Shown here in pieces: positions 31,548 to 41,087 of a stretch of DNA of 64,000 nt. The notes beneath the pieces are model-generated. The model was not told where the DNA came from. It worked only from the letters and a program-made list of their open reading frames with translations, and searched no databases. The stretch is from an uncultured Actinomycetes bacterium (GTDB taxonomy: Bacteria > SZUA-79 > Acidulodesulfobacterales > Acidulodesulfobacteraceae): contig CAZVZU010000002.1 in NCBI GenBank assembly GCA_964631685.1, positions 160,001 through 224,000 on the forward strand, in the 5' to 3' direction. Position 1 is the stretch's first letter; every line of letters begins with the position of its first letter. Both the position numbers and the translations under genes were made by a program.

Positions 31548-31562
31548 TTTGCATCAAAAAAC

Positions 31563-31946
31563 CTAAGCCATGCTTGCAACATCTGCATTTTCTTTGAAAA
31601 TAATCTTTTTCAGCCATGGAGGAGGATTATTGGATAATACTGTTTTTAGGTTTTGCATAGTCTTCTCTATCGTATCATCAGGTTTTGATTTAATTGGATG
31701 AATACCTGCTTTCACAACGCGCGCAGCTGCCATTCCACCAATGCTTTTTATGAAGATAATCTTTAAATCTTTTAAACCCGCAATCTTTTTGTTAATCTTG
31801 TCTAGTTCTTCAGTCTCTTCCTTAAAGCGCCTAGTTTCTAAAAATGTGAAACCGTCTGCATTTATCTCATACACTGCAAAATTTTTAGCCCATCCAAAGT
31901 GGTCATTGATTAAAATATTATCAGTCGTAGCAAAACCTACTTTCAT
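31563..31946 (-). CDS. nifX: Nitrogenase cofactor carrier NifX
   Basis: MKVGFATTD..INDHFGWA, IGGMAAARVV..GIHP, PPPWL. Confidence 0.92.
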   Translation of the reverse strand: MKVGFATTDNILINDHFGWAKNFAVYEINADGFTFLETRRFKEETEELDKINKKIAGLKDLKIIFIKSIGGMAAARVVKAGIHPIKSKPDDTIEKTMQNLKTVLSNNPPPWLKKIIFKENADVASMA

Positions 31947-32007
31947 TTAAATCGCCTCCTTAATGTTGTTTAAATAACCGGTCTAATTAACTTTATTTAG
32001 TTTGTTA

Positions 32008-33297
32008 TTAATCATTTAACAAATTTGCACTTTCAATGGCGAGGTTTATGGCGCCATTGTAAAGTATATAGTGCTTGAAGCTGTATCCTATTTTGTCGGT
32101 TAACGGGAAGCCCGCTCTTAACAAGGGAATGCCTAATTTTTCAGCATAAAATTTTGCATTCGAATTAGAAACAATTAGGTCTATATTCCCATTGTCATTC
32201 AACACATCTAAATCGCCTTCACAAAAATTTAAGAATCTGCTTTTAATATCATCAATAGATTTTGTCGATATTCCAACCTTTAAATTTACACCCAATTCCG
32301 AATAAATAGTTGAAAAAGAATCTAAGAGATCTACTCCAAGCGCCATTGCTATATCTTTCCCTAAAAAATAGAAATGCGTATCTAAATAAGAATCCATAAG
32401 TTGCATTCTTTGTCTTTTATATTTTTCAGGAATCTCCATACCTGTCAATCTTGCAAGAAGATCGAAAAATTTATCACTATTCTTAAGTCCGCATATATTT
32501 GAAAAATAATATGTCTTTAGTCCGGTAACCTCAATTACAGTATTCGTTATACCCTTAATACTCAAACCTATAACAATATTGAATTCGCTATTGCAAATGT
32601 TTTCCATATCTTTGACGGCAAGTCCGTCAGATGTGGTCTGCGTATATCCCGTTTCATCTAGGTGTCCGTCTAACGAAAGACCTAGATCTGGTATCATAAT
32701 GGGGCGCAAACCGAAATAATCTACAACCTCCCTTAATTCTAAAAAATCTTGCGGCGTAAATGATATCGGACAAAAAATGTTTATGCTCTTTTTAGATTCC
32801 TTTTGCTTCTTTGCTACTTTATCCGCAGCCTTATTTGAAAAGTCAGTTAACAATGCTAACATTCCCTGTTTATAGCCATCTTCAAGGCATCCTCTATAAT
32901 CTGGCGTGTTCGCATAAATCACCCTTGGAAATGGCACTTTCAGCTCTTCCCTGAAGTTTCTTATAATACTGCCTGCATCCTCTCCGTTTGTCTCTGTTAA
33001 TCCCGACGATGTTACGCCGATGAAATCAGGCTTCATTGTTTCATAGATGTTTTTAATTCCGGACACTAAAAAATCGCTTCCCCCTAAAATAGCCCCATAT
33101 TCATTTAGGGCTGTTGTAACTATCGGGATATTTTCGTGAAAATGTTTCGTTAACGTTACCTTGTCAAAACTCGCGCAACCAACGGCTCCATGGACAAGAA
33201 CCACTGCGTTTTTTAACCCGAGAAAGAAGATAGCCGCGCCCAGTGACGGGCTTGCCTTTAACGGGTTAATTTCTATATCCCTAGCTAAATTCATCAT
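32008..33297 (-). CDS. nifN: FeMo-co scaffold subunit NifN
   Basis: INPLKASPSLGA, HGAVGCASF, HFHENIP, TPDYRG. Confidence 0.92.
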   Translation of the reverse strand: MMNLARDIEINPLKASPSLGAAIFFLGLKNAVVLVHGAVGCASFDKVTLTKHFHENIPIVTTALNEYGAILGGSDFLVSGIKNIYETMKPDFIGVTSSGLTETNGEDAGSIIRNFREELKVPFPRVIYANTPDYRGCLEDGYKQGMLALLTDFSNKAADKVAKKQKESKKSINIFCPISFTPQDFLELREVVDYFGLRPIMIPDLGLSLDGHLDETGYTQTTSDGLAVKDMENICNSEFNIVIGLSIKGITNTVIEVTGLKTYYFSNICGLKNSDKFFDLLARLTGMEIPEKYKRQRMQLMDSYLDTHFYFLGKDIAMALGVDLLDSFSTIYSELGVNLKVGISTKSIDDIKSRFLNFCEGDLDVLNDNGNIDLIVSNSNAKFYAEKLGIPLLRAGFPLTDKIGYSFKHYILYNGAINLAIESANLLND

Positions 33298-34655
33298 AAG
33301 TTTTTATTTGACCCTCTTAACAGTTTAAATAAAGGATTTTTAATTTCAAAGTAAATCTGTTTTGCTAAAAATTCCATACCTTCGTAAGATGTATAAGGGT
33401 TTAGCCTTTCTTGGTTTACATCTAAAAATGGAATTAGCGACTTTATCGCGGTATATTGATTCCTGCCACCTGCAAGTATTATATCAATCCGTTCCTCTCT
33501 AGCTATCTTAATCAGATTAACGGGACTGCCATTGCTAAGCATTATTATATTGCCGTTTTCGTCAGCTTCTCTTATTCTGGACTTATCTTCGTCCGTACTT
33601 TTTTTTATACCTGTAGCTATCACCTTCATTCCTATATCGTTTAAGGCAGATATCAAAGACCAGCTTTTAACGCCACCAGTGTATAGTAAAACCCTTTTGC
33701 CCAATAACAATTCTTTATATTCGGTAATGTTTTCCGTAGTATTTTTTGTTCTGACTTTAATATAATCCTTTGCTCTTTTGACGAGCTTATTATCTCCGAT
33801 TGAATCTACTATATCCATAATCGCTTTATTGGTAGACGACATGCCGAAAAAGGACTCTTCAATATACGGAATTCCATATTTTTCCTTCATCTTTCTTGCC
33901 AGATATACCAACGCCTTGGAACATATGACCACATTGAGCCCCGCCTTATGTGAATACATAATCTCTTCTATCGTTGAATCTCCGGTAATGGTGGAAAGAA
34001 CATTTATACCGATAGATTGTAATGCTTTTTTTATCAAAAAAAGTTCCCCTTTGATATTATATTCACCTATTAAATTAATATTATAATTTGGTAATATATC
34101 TACTCCCGGTTCCTTTCTTCCTATCAAATAAGTAAAAATAACATCACCTGCTATCTTGTTTCCTAAATTTTTATTCCCTGAGAATCCTTGGGAAAGCACC
34201 GGCATTACGGGTATTTTTAACCTAGAACTAAGTGTTTTTGATATACCTTCTATATCCTCACCCGTCAGTGCAGGCACGCACGTGTTATAGATAAATATAC
34301 CCTTTGGCTTAAACCTATTATAAGCATATATCACACCCTGCATTAATTTATTTTCTGCACCAAATATGAGGTCATTTTCATTTATAGCGGTTGTAATGCC
34401 GTACATGTAATATTCTTCGCTCTCGGTAACAATTGATGTCCTTTGATTATAGTTGTTACCGAGGCAGTTTATGGGGGCATGCACTATGTTTAATGCGTCT
34501 TTTATCGGGCTCAGAACAATATATGCACCGTCAAGCGCGCATCCGCCAGTAGAAGACCCTGGCGTTGCGCTTTTACAAGATTTTTGCTCCTTCTTAACGT
34601 TGTTATGTTCACATGTAGGTTCGTCAAAGTATTCTTCTTTTGCCGTTAAACGCAT
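33294..34655 (-). CDS. nifE: FeMo-co scaffold subunit NifE
   Basis: GGCALDGA, HAPINC, TCVPALTGED, YTGGVKSWS, NQER. Confidence 0.95.
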   Translation of the reverse strand: MRLTAKEEYFDEPTCEHNNVKKEQKSCKSATPGSSTGGCALDGAYIVLSPIKDALNIVHAPINCLGNNYNQRTSIVTESEEYYMYGITTAINENDLIFGAENKLMQGVIYAYNRFKPKGIFIYNTCVPALTGEDIEGISKTLSSRLKIPVMPVLSQGFSGNKNLGNKIAGDVIFTYLIGRKEPGVDILPNYNINLIGEYNIKGELFLIKKALQSIGINVLSTITGDSTIEEIMYSHKAGLNVVICSKALVYLARKMKEKYGIPYIEESFFGMSSTNKAIMDIVDSIGDNKLVKRAKDYIKVRTKNTTENITEYKELLLGKRVLLYTGGVKSWSLISALNDIGMKVIATGIKKSTDEDKSRIREADENGNIIMLSNGSPVNLIKIAREERIDIILAGGRNQYTAIKSLIPFLDVNQERLNPYTSYEGMEFLAKQIYFEIKNPLFKLLRGSNKNL

Positions 34656-34719
34656 TGTATCGCCTCCTTTAATATGATTTGGTTAGGTTTTTGTACTAAC
34701 TATAGCCAATAGTGCAAAT

Positions 34720-36141
34720 CTATCTCATGAGTTCAAAATGAGCATCATCACTAGTATCATCAACAATATCTATAAATTTATTAACAATCCATGTGGTTAA
34801 ATTAATAACCCCGCTATATCCGTACAAGGGGTACCTATGAATATTTACCCTGTCAAATATAGGATAACCCACCCTTATATGGGGGATTTTTGCGTCTCTT
34901 GCAGCAAATTTACCATGAGACGGCCCTATGAGCATATCAACATGATCCGTCATTATTAGCGATCTTAGATGCCATAAATCTTTGTCTATATGAACCTCAC
35001 AATCATTTTCTGAATATTCGCTAAACAGTTCTTCAATGCCTTTTTTAAATTCTCCTGTGCCATTGGAACATAATACATATTTTGGAATTCCGCCCATCTC
35101 AAGAAGATAACTTGTTAGTCCTGTAAGCATATCCGGATCGCCAAATATTGCAAATTTTTTACCGTGGATATACTGCTGGGCATCCGTCATAGAGTCTATC
35201 GCCCTGCCCCTGTCATCCTCAAGTTCTTTAGGAATTTCCTTGCCGGTAATTTCAGAAACAGTCATTATAAACTTATCAGTATAATTAATTCCGATCGGAC
35301 TTTTTACAACCATAGTCTCTTGTCCGAATTTTTCGGATAGCGTTGCAATGGTCTTCTTTGTCGAAAATTTCTGAAGAGAAATCGTGGCTCTGTTATTTAC
35401 GCAATGCTCAACATCCTTCAGTTTTGTGGTACCATCCGGATAAAGCTTATACTCGCCATTTAGTGGATAATCCAGCGCATTGGAATAGTCAGCTAACACT
35501 ATATATTTTATTCCAAAAACATTAAGGATTCTTTTGATTTCGTTAATATTACCTATAGTTGTCTCAAATCCCGGTATTATATTTATTGTATCTATATCTA
35601 CTGCATCTGATTTTTTACCAAGGGTTGTTATGATTGCGTTAAGCATACTATCGTAGCCCTCAAGATGAGAACCTGCAAAGCTTGGTGTATTGGCATATGG
35701 CGCTAATATTTCCTCAGGCAAATAACCTTTCTCTCTAGCCCCCCCCACTATTGAACCCAAATCATCCCCTATAACTTCAGCCATACATGTAGTAGAAACG
35801 GCAAACATTTTTGGTTTATATAACGCAGTGGCATTTTTGAAGCCCTCAAATCCGTTTGCCTGTCCCCCGAAAACCGCCCCATCCTCCGTTAAGGATGTGC
35901 ATACTGCCGCAATCGGCTCCCTAAAATGACGCGATAAATTATTTCTGTAATATGCAACGCATCCGTGCGAACCATGAACAAACGGCATGGTGTCTTCGAA
36001 TCCCGCAGCGCACAACACTGCGCCAAGTGGCTGACACGCCCTTGCTGGATTTATTACGATAGCCTTTCTATTAAAATTCTTCTCTTTATATTCCTCTGTA
36101 TTCATCCAGTCTTTTATTTTTTTTATCTCTTTTTTTTCCAC
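34720..36141 (-). CDS. nifK: Nitrogenase MoFe protein beta chain
   Basis: INPARACQPLG, HGSHGCVAY, TTCMAEVIGDD, TPSFAGSH. Confidence 0.96.
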   Translation of the reverse strand: MEKKEIKKIKDWMNTEEYKEKNFNRKAIVINPARACQPLGAVLCAAGFEDTMPFVHGSHGCVAYYRNNLSRHFREPIAAVCTSLTEDGAVFGGQANGFEGFKNATALYKPKMFAVSTTCMAEVIGDDLGSIVGGAREKGYLPEEILAPYANTPSFAGSHLEGYDSMLNAIITTLGKKSDAVDIDTINIIPGFETTIGNINEIKRILNVFGIKYIVLADYSNALDYPLNGEYKLYPDGTTKLKDVEHCVNNRATISLQKFSTKKTIATLSEKFGQETMVVKSPIGINYTDKFIMTVSEITGKEIPKELEDDRGRAIDSMTDAQQYIHGKKFAIFGDPDMLTGLTSYLLEMGGIPKYVLCSNGTGEFKKGIEELFSEYSENDCEVHIDKDLWHLRSLIMTDHVDMLIGPSHGKFAARDAKIPHIRVGYPIFDRVNIHRYPLYGYSGVINLTTWIVNKFIDIVDDTSDDAHFELMR

Positions 36142-36172
36142 AATCAGACCTCCGTATTATAGTTAGTTTTAT

Positions 36173-37609
36173 TTATCTCTTCCATAGCGGCTTAACCAAT
36201 TTCCATGATGGGCTATTTATTGCTAAGTCCATATCCCTTGCAAATATCTCAAAGCCGTCGTAGCCATGATACGGTCCGGAGTAGTCCCATGAATGCATCT
36301 GCCTGAACGGTACACCCATTTTTTGAAAAACATATTTTTCCTTTATTCCTGATGCTACTAAATCAGGTTTAAGCTTATTTGCAAGCTCAACAAATTCATA
36401 TTCATTAAGGTCATCAGCGATAATAGTACCCTCGGATAACTCTTTCGTTGTCCTTTCGTAATCATCACTATGGGCAAATTCATACGACGTAGATACAACC
36501 TCCATACCTAAATCTTCATACGCGCCGACTATATGACGAGGCCTTAGTCCGCCGACTAGAATCATAACTTTTTTACCCTCTAATCTCGGCCTGTATTTAT
36601 CAATAACATCCTGCATCTTAAGTTCATATGTTTTAATTAACTCTTCGGATTTTTCCTGAATATGTCCGTCAAATAATTTTGCTATTTTTCTGATACTTTC
36701 TTTTATCTTAGTAGGACCAAAAAAATTATATTCTATCCATGGGATTCCATAGGTTTTCTCAAAATGACTTGCGATATAATTCATTGACCTATAGCAATGC
36801 AGGAGCATGTAGTTCGCCCTGTGAGTTATTTTCATTTCTTCTATTGAACCGTCACCTGACCAGTGAGCCACTACATTTAGACCCATATCTTCAAAAATCT
36901 TCATTGATGCCCAAACATCGCCGCCTATGTTATAATCACCTAGTATCGCAACATCATACGGCGTCTTTTTACTTTCATCTACTTCGCCCTTACCAACCAC
37001 AAAATCCCTTATTGAATCATTTGCTATATGATGTCCTAGGGACTGGCTTACCCCCCTAAACCCCTCGCATCTTACAGGAATAATGGGAATATTTAACTCA
37101 TCAGACATCTTTTTAGCAACTGCCTCTATATCATCGCCTATTAAACCTATAGGGCATTCCGATTCTACAACAATACCTTTCGCCGTGGGGAAGAGTTCGT
37201 GAAGCTCTTTAATTGCCTGCTCCAATTTTTTATCTCCACCGAACACTATATCTCTTTCCCTAAAATCCGTAGTAAATTGGAATGGCACGAAGCTTTCAAC
37301 GCCTATCTCGCCATTTGCCAAATTTCTCCTTGTGCCCCAACTGTACATACCGCATCCTATTGGACCGTGGCTTATATTAATAACATCCTTTACCGGTCCC
37401 CAGACTACTCCCTTAGCGCCGGCATATGCACACCCCCTAGGGGTCATTACACCCGGCAGGGATTTAACATTAGATTTTGCTACACAACTCCCACAATCTT
37501 CTTTGTTATTTATACCAAAATGGTCTTTTCTATTTTTCTTTGCCTTCTCTGAATAAATATCAAGAATCTCATCTACTATCTCTTTATTTTTTTTAAAGTT
37601 CACAGCCAT
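36173..37609 (-). CDS. nifD: Nitrogenase MoFe protein alpha chain
   Basis: [29 protein letters not shown] (Cys275 equivalent), [12 protein letters not shown] (His442 equivalent). Confidence 0.97.
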   Translation of the reverse strand: MAVNFKKNKEIVDEILDIYSEKAKKNRKDHFGINNKEDCGSCVAKSNVKSLPGVMTPRGCAYAGAKGVVWGPVKDVINISHGPIGCGMYSWGTRRNLANGEIGVESFVPFQFTTDFRERDIVFGGDKKLEQAIKELHELFPTAKGIVVESECPIGLIGDDIEAVAKKMSDELNIPIIPVRCEGFRGVSQSLGHHIANDSIRDFVVGKGEVDESKKTPYDVAILGDYNIGGDVWASMKIFEDMGLNVVAHWSGDGSIEEMKITHRANYMLLHCYRSMNYIASHFEKTYGIPWIEYNFFGPTKIKESIRKIAKLFDGHIQEKSEELIKTYELKMQDVIDKYRPRLEGKKVMILVGGLRPRHIVGAYEDLGMEVVSTSYEFAHSDDYERTTKELSEGTIIADDLNEYEFVELANKLKPDLVASGIKEKYVFQKMGVPFRQMHSWDYSGPYHGYDGFEIFARDMDLAINSPSWKLVKPLWKR

Positions 37610-37672
37610 CTCAAACTCCTTTATCTTTACATTGGTTAATGGTTACATAGTATAAAATGATTAGGTTATTCA

Positions 37673-37975
37673 TTACGTTATATTTGTCAACGGTGCAAAT
37701 TTGTGTAAATGCATGGTCTTATTCTTTGGACAAACTTTTTCGCAAGACATATCGCCGATACAGTCATCCATACTCTCTATCCTAACTGTCATTTTATCCC
37801 CAGCATCTTCAAGGGTATATACACCGCCTGGGCAAACCTTGATACACCTGCCGCAGGATATGCAATTTTCCTTGTCGAATTCTATTAAAAAATGCGGGAC
37901 CCATCTGCCGCCTGAACGACGAGGTGCACTGATATAATTATTGATGTCGCCATTAAATCCATCCATAATGCCCAT
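37673..37975 (-). CDS. fdxB: Nif-associated ferredoxin III-like (FdxB-type)
   Basis: GGRWVPHF..DKENCISCGRCIKVCP; second motif CIGDMSCEKVCP. Confidence 0.75.
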   Translation of the reverse strand: MGIMDGFNGDINNYISAPRRSGGRWVPHFLIEFDKENCISCGRCIKVCPGGVYTLEDAGDKMTVRIESMDDCIGDMSCEKVCPKNKTMHLHKFAPLTNIT

Positions 37976-37992
37976 TGTCGTATTTTTCCTCC

Positions 37993-38769
37993 CTATTGAT
38001 AATTTTTAAAGATTCTTATCTTTATATCTATTCCATCCGGTTCTATGCTAGAAATATCTGTCAATCCAGCTTCAGATAAATATTTCTTATATTCCAATAT
38101 ATCCAAAGAGCAGTTCAATTTTCGTTTTAACGATTTAACCTTTTGAGGGCTCATATGCTTTGTGAGTGCAGTAAACTCATCATCCGGAATATCCTTTCTG
38201 AACTCATATATTAGAATTTCTCCGCCGCGGCTCAGAACCCTATACATCTCTATTAGGGAATTAAGTTTGTCATCTAGGCATTTGAACGTTCCTTTAAGCA
38301 TGATTAGATCGAAACTGAAGCTACCGAAAGGAAGCCTCGTGCTATCGGCAACCATGTACTTGAGCCCAAAATTATAATCATTTGAATAATTAAACTCATT
38401 CCTTAACATTGTAAATGCCGCATTGTTGATCTCATGCGCAGGATTTAAATTTACAACGCAATCCATTTTTAATCTTTTTTTAAAAACCTTAACCGCGTGA
38501 TTTATCATAGTAGGAGATTTGTCTATTCCAATCACGGTTGAATCAGGCAATACATCGTTGATTCTTCTAGCTATGTAACCGGGACCGCAACCAAGGTCTA
38601 AAATATTGTGCGGTGCATACGGAATTTCAGCTAAAATTTTGTCTACAAACGGGGCATAATCCTCTTTCATCTTGATTTTTGTATCACTAGTTGCTATATA
38701 AAGCTCTTCATCTTGAGAAAAACTAATGCTCTTTGAAAGTTTGCATCCTAACACGGTATCTTTTTGCAT
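37993..38769 (-). CDS. Class I SAM-dependent methyltransferase inside the nif operon
   Basis: ILDLGCGPG, GIDKSPTM, LPFGSFSFDLI, EMYRVLSRGG; overlaps the nifB 3' end. Confidence 0.85.
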   Translation of the reverse strand: MQKDTVLGCKLSKSISFSQDEELYIATSDTKIKMKEDYAPFVDKILAEIPYAPHNILDLGCGPGYIARRINDVLPDSTVIGIDKSPTMINHAVKVFKKRLKMDCVVNLNPAHEINNAAFTMLRNEFNYSNDYNFGLKYMVADSTRLPFGSFSFDLIMLKGTFKCLDDKLNSLIEMYRVLSRGGEILIYEFRKDIPDDEFTALTKHMSPQKVKSLKRKLNCSLDILEYKKYLSEAGLTDISSIEPDGIDIKIRIFKNYQ

Positions 38770-39683
38770 ATTGAACCCTCCTCCGCTTCGCTTAGTTTTT
38801 TACTTAAGTCACCGTCTAATAGCCCCGCAGCATCTGAGCGACACTGCCTGCAATGATCCATGATGTTTATGCCTTCAAGTCCGCTCGTAATATCAATAAC
38901 ATCCTTTCTACCGGCGCCTTCTACGCCTGTTTTATAGAAATAAGATTTTTCTGCTGGTATCATAGGCATTACATTAAATAAGTACACGCCAAGCTTTTTT
39001 ACCGTTTCTGAAATATCTTTTATATGAAAATCATTTATGCCCGGTATAAGAACAGAATTTATTTTTATGGTAAATCCTTTTTTTACAGCCTTAGCTATGC
39101 CCCTTATCTGCATATCCAACAACAGCTCCGCTGCATCTTTTCCGGTATACACGACATCTTTGTAGTTCACATATCTATAAATTTTATCAGCAACAGAAAT
39201 ATCTATCGCATTAAGGGTTACAGTTATAAAATTAACACCCCTGTCTTCAAGTTCATCTAAATTATCCGCTAAATTTAAGCCGTTGGTGCTCATACATAGC
39301 ATAATATCCGGAAATTCTTCAGTAATAAACCCAAATGCTTTCATCGTATCATCCGGATCAGACAAGCTATCACCCGGACCTGCTATGGCGGCAACGCTTA
39401 CATTGTTAAAGAATTTCTTGACCTGATATATTCGAGCTACAGCATCTTCGGGGGCAATTAAGCTTGACGTTACACCCGGCCTCGACTCATTGGGACAGTC
39501 ATAATCTCTATGGCAATAGTTGCAGGAAATATTACAAGTCTTAGCAATAGGCAGATGAACCCTGCCATAACTCATAGCCGCTCCTTTATTAAAGCATGGA
39601 TGTCTTTCAACGCCGGATATAATGTCCGCCCTAATGCTTTGCGGCAAGTCTTTCTTGTCTTTTTTAAAGTCAGTTATATTCAT
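38748..39683 (-). CDS. nifB: FeMo-co biosynthesis radical SAM protein NifB (single-domain, no NifX-like C-terminus)
   Basis: HPC, CNISCNYC..YDCPNESRPG, AGPGD, TNG, HCRQCRSDAAG. Confidence 0.95.
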   Translation of the reverse strand: MNITDFKKDKKDLPQSIRADIISGVERHPCFNKGAAMSYGRVHLPIAKTCNISCNYCHRDYDCPNESRPGVTSSLIAPEDAVARIYQVKKFFNNVSVAAIAGPGDSLSDPDDTMKAFGFITEEFPDIMLCMSTNGLNLADNLDELEDRGVNFITVTLNAIDISVADKIYRYVNYKDVVYTGKDAAELLLDMQIRGIAKAVKKGFTIKINSVLIPGINDFHIKDISETVKKLGVYLFNVMPMIPAEKSYFYKTGVEGAGRKDVIDITSGLEGINIMDHCRQCRSDAAGLLDGDLSKKLSEAEEGSICKKIPC

Positions 39684-39780
39684 GCATAGTCACCTGATAA
39701 ACGCACATCAATATTATTTTATTGAAAACCAGTCGCGTCATTTTCTATTAATCTTCATCAATCTCGGACAATAACCTATA

Positions 39781-40668
<888 letters not shown>

Positions 40669-40673
40669 TTATT

Positions 40674-40758
40674 AAAATATAAAAACGCCATAATTAAAGG
40701 GATAATATTACAAATCCGATTAACGATGGCGTCATTGCCGTCAGCGCCCAATTGCGCT
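40674..40758 (-). promoter_or_regulatory. nifH leader: tandem hexaloop hairpins (ANTAR-target-like) overlapping an intrinsic terminator
   Basis: mRNA AGCGC-AAUUGG-GCGCU, then GGC-AAUGAC-GCC, whose 3' half is the 5' arm of GACGCCAU...AUGGCGUU followed by U-rich sequence. Confidence 0.75.
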
Positions 40759-40849
40759 TTTGTTTATTAATGTTTAATTCGATAACTTTTAAATGTATTA
40801 AATCTTAAACTCTCCCATAAAATCTTATTTATTATTTATATTTATATAT

Positions 40850-40865
40850 AGCAATAACCGTGCCA
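40850..40865 (-). promoter_or_regulatory. Sigma54 -24/-12 promoter of the nifH operon
   Basis: Minus strand TGGCACGGTTATTGCT, a consensus match. Confidence 0.9.
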
Positions 40866-40939
40866 CAATTCTTATATCATTAATTTACGGTATTACATAG
40901 GGACTTACTGCTTTTGATAGAATTATTTTAATCTACTAC

Positions 40940-40979
40940 TTGCTCAATTTTTAATCACATATGATTAAATTTATGGCAA
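40940..40979. promoter_or_regulatory. Candidate tandem enhancer-binding-protein sites between the divergent nifH and nifV promoters
   Basis: TTGCTCAATTTTTAATCA-CATA-TGATTAAATTTATGGCAA dyad, about 75-120 bp from both -24 boxes. Confidence 0.45.
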
Positions 40980-41059
40980 TACTTATTAATTTTTAGAATA
41001 TTGATTATAAAATATGACGGTGAAATCGCATAATAACTCAATGCGTTGCTTATGCAGTG

Positions 41060-41075
41060 TGGCATGGAATATGCA
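41060..41075 (+). promoter_or_regulatory. Sigma54 -24/-12 promoter of nifV
   Basis: TGGCATGGAATATGCA. Confidence 0.7.
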
Positions 41076-41087
41076 TTTTATAAATAT

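Noticed and set aside
34720..37609. Alternative (V or Fe-only) nitrogenase
   Set aside because: No vnfG/anfG between D and K; NifD has Mo-type HCYRS and MHSWDY motifs; nifEN and nifX are present.
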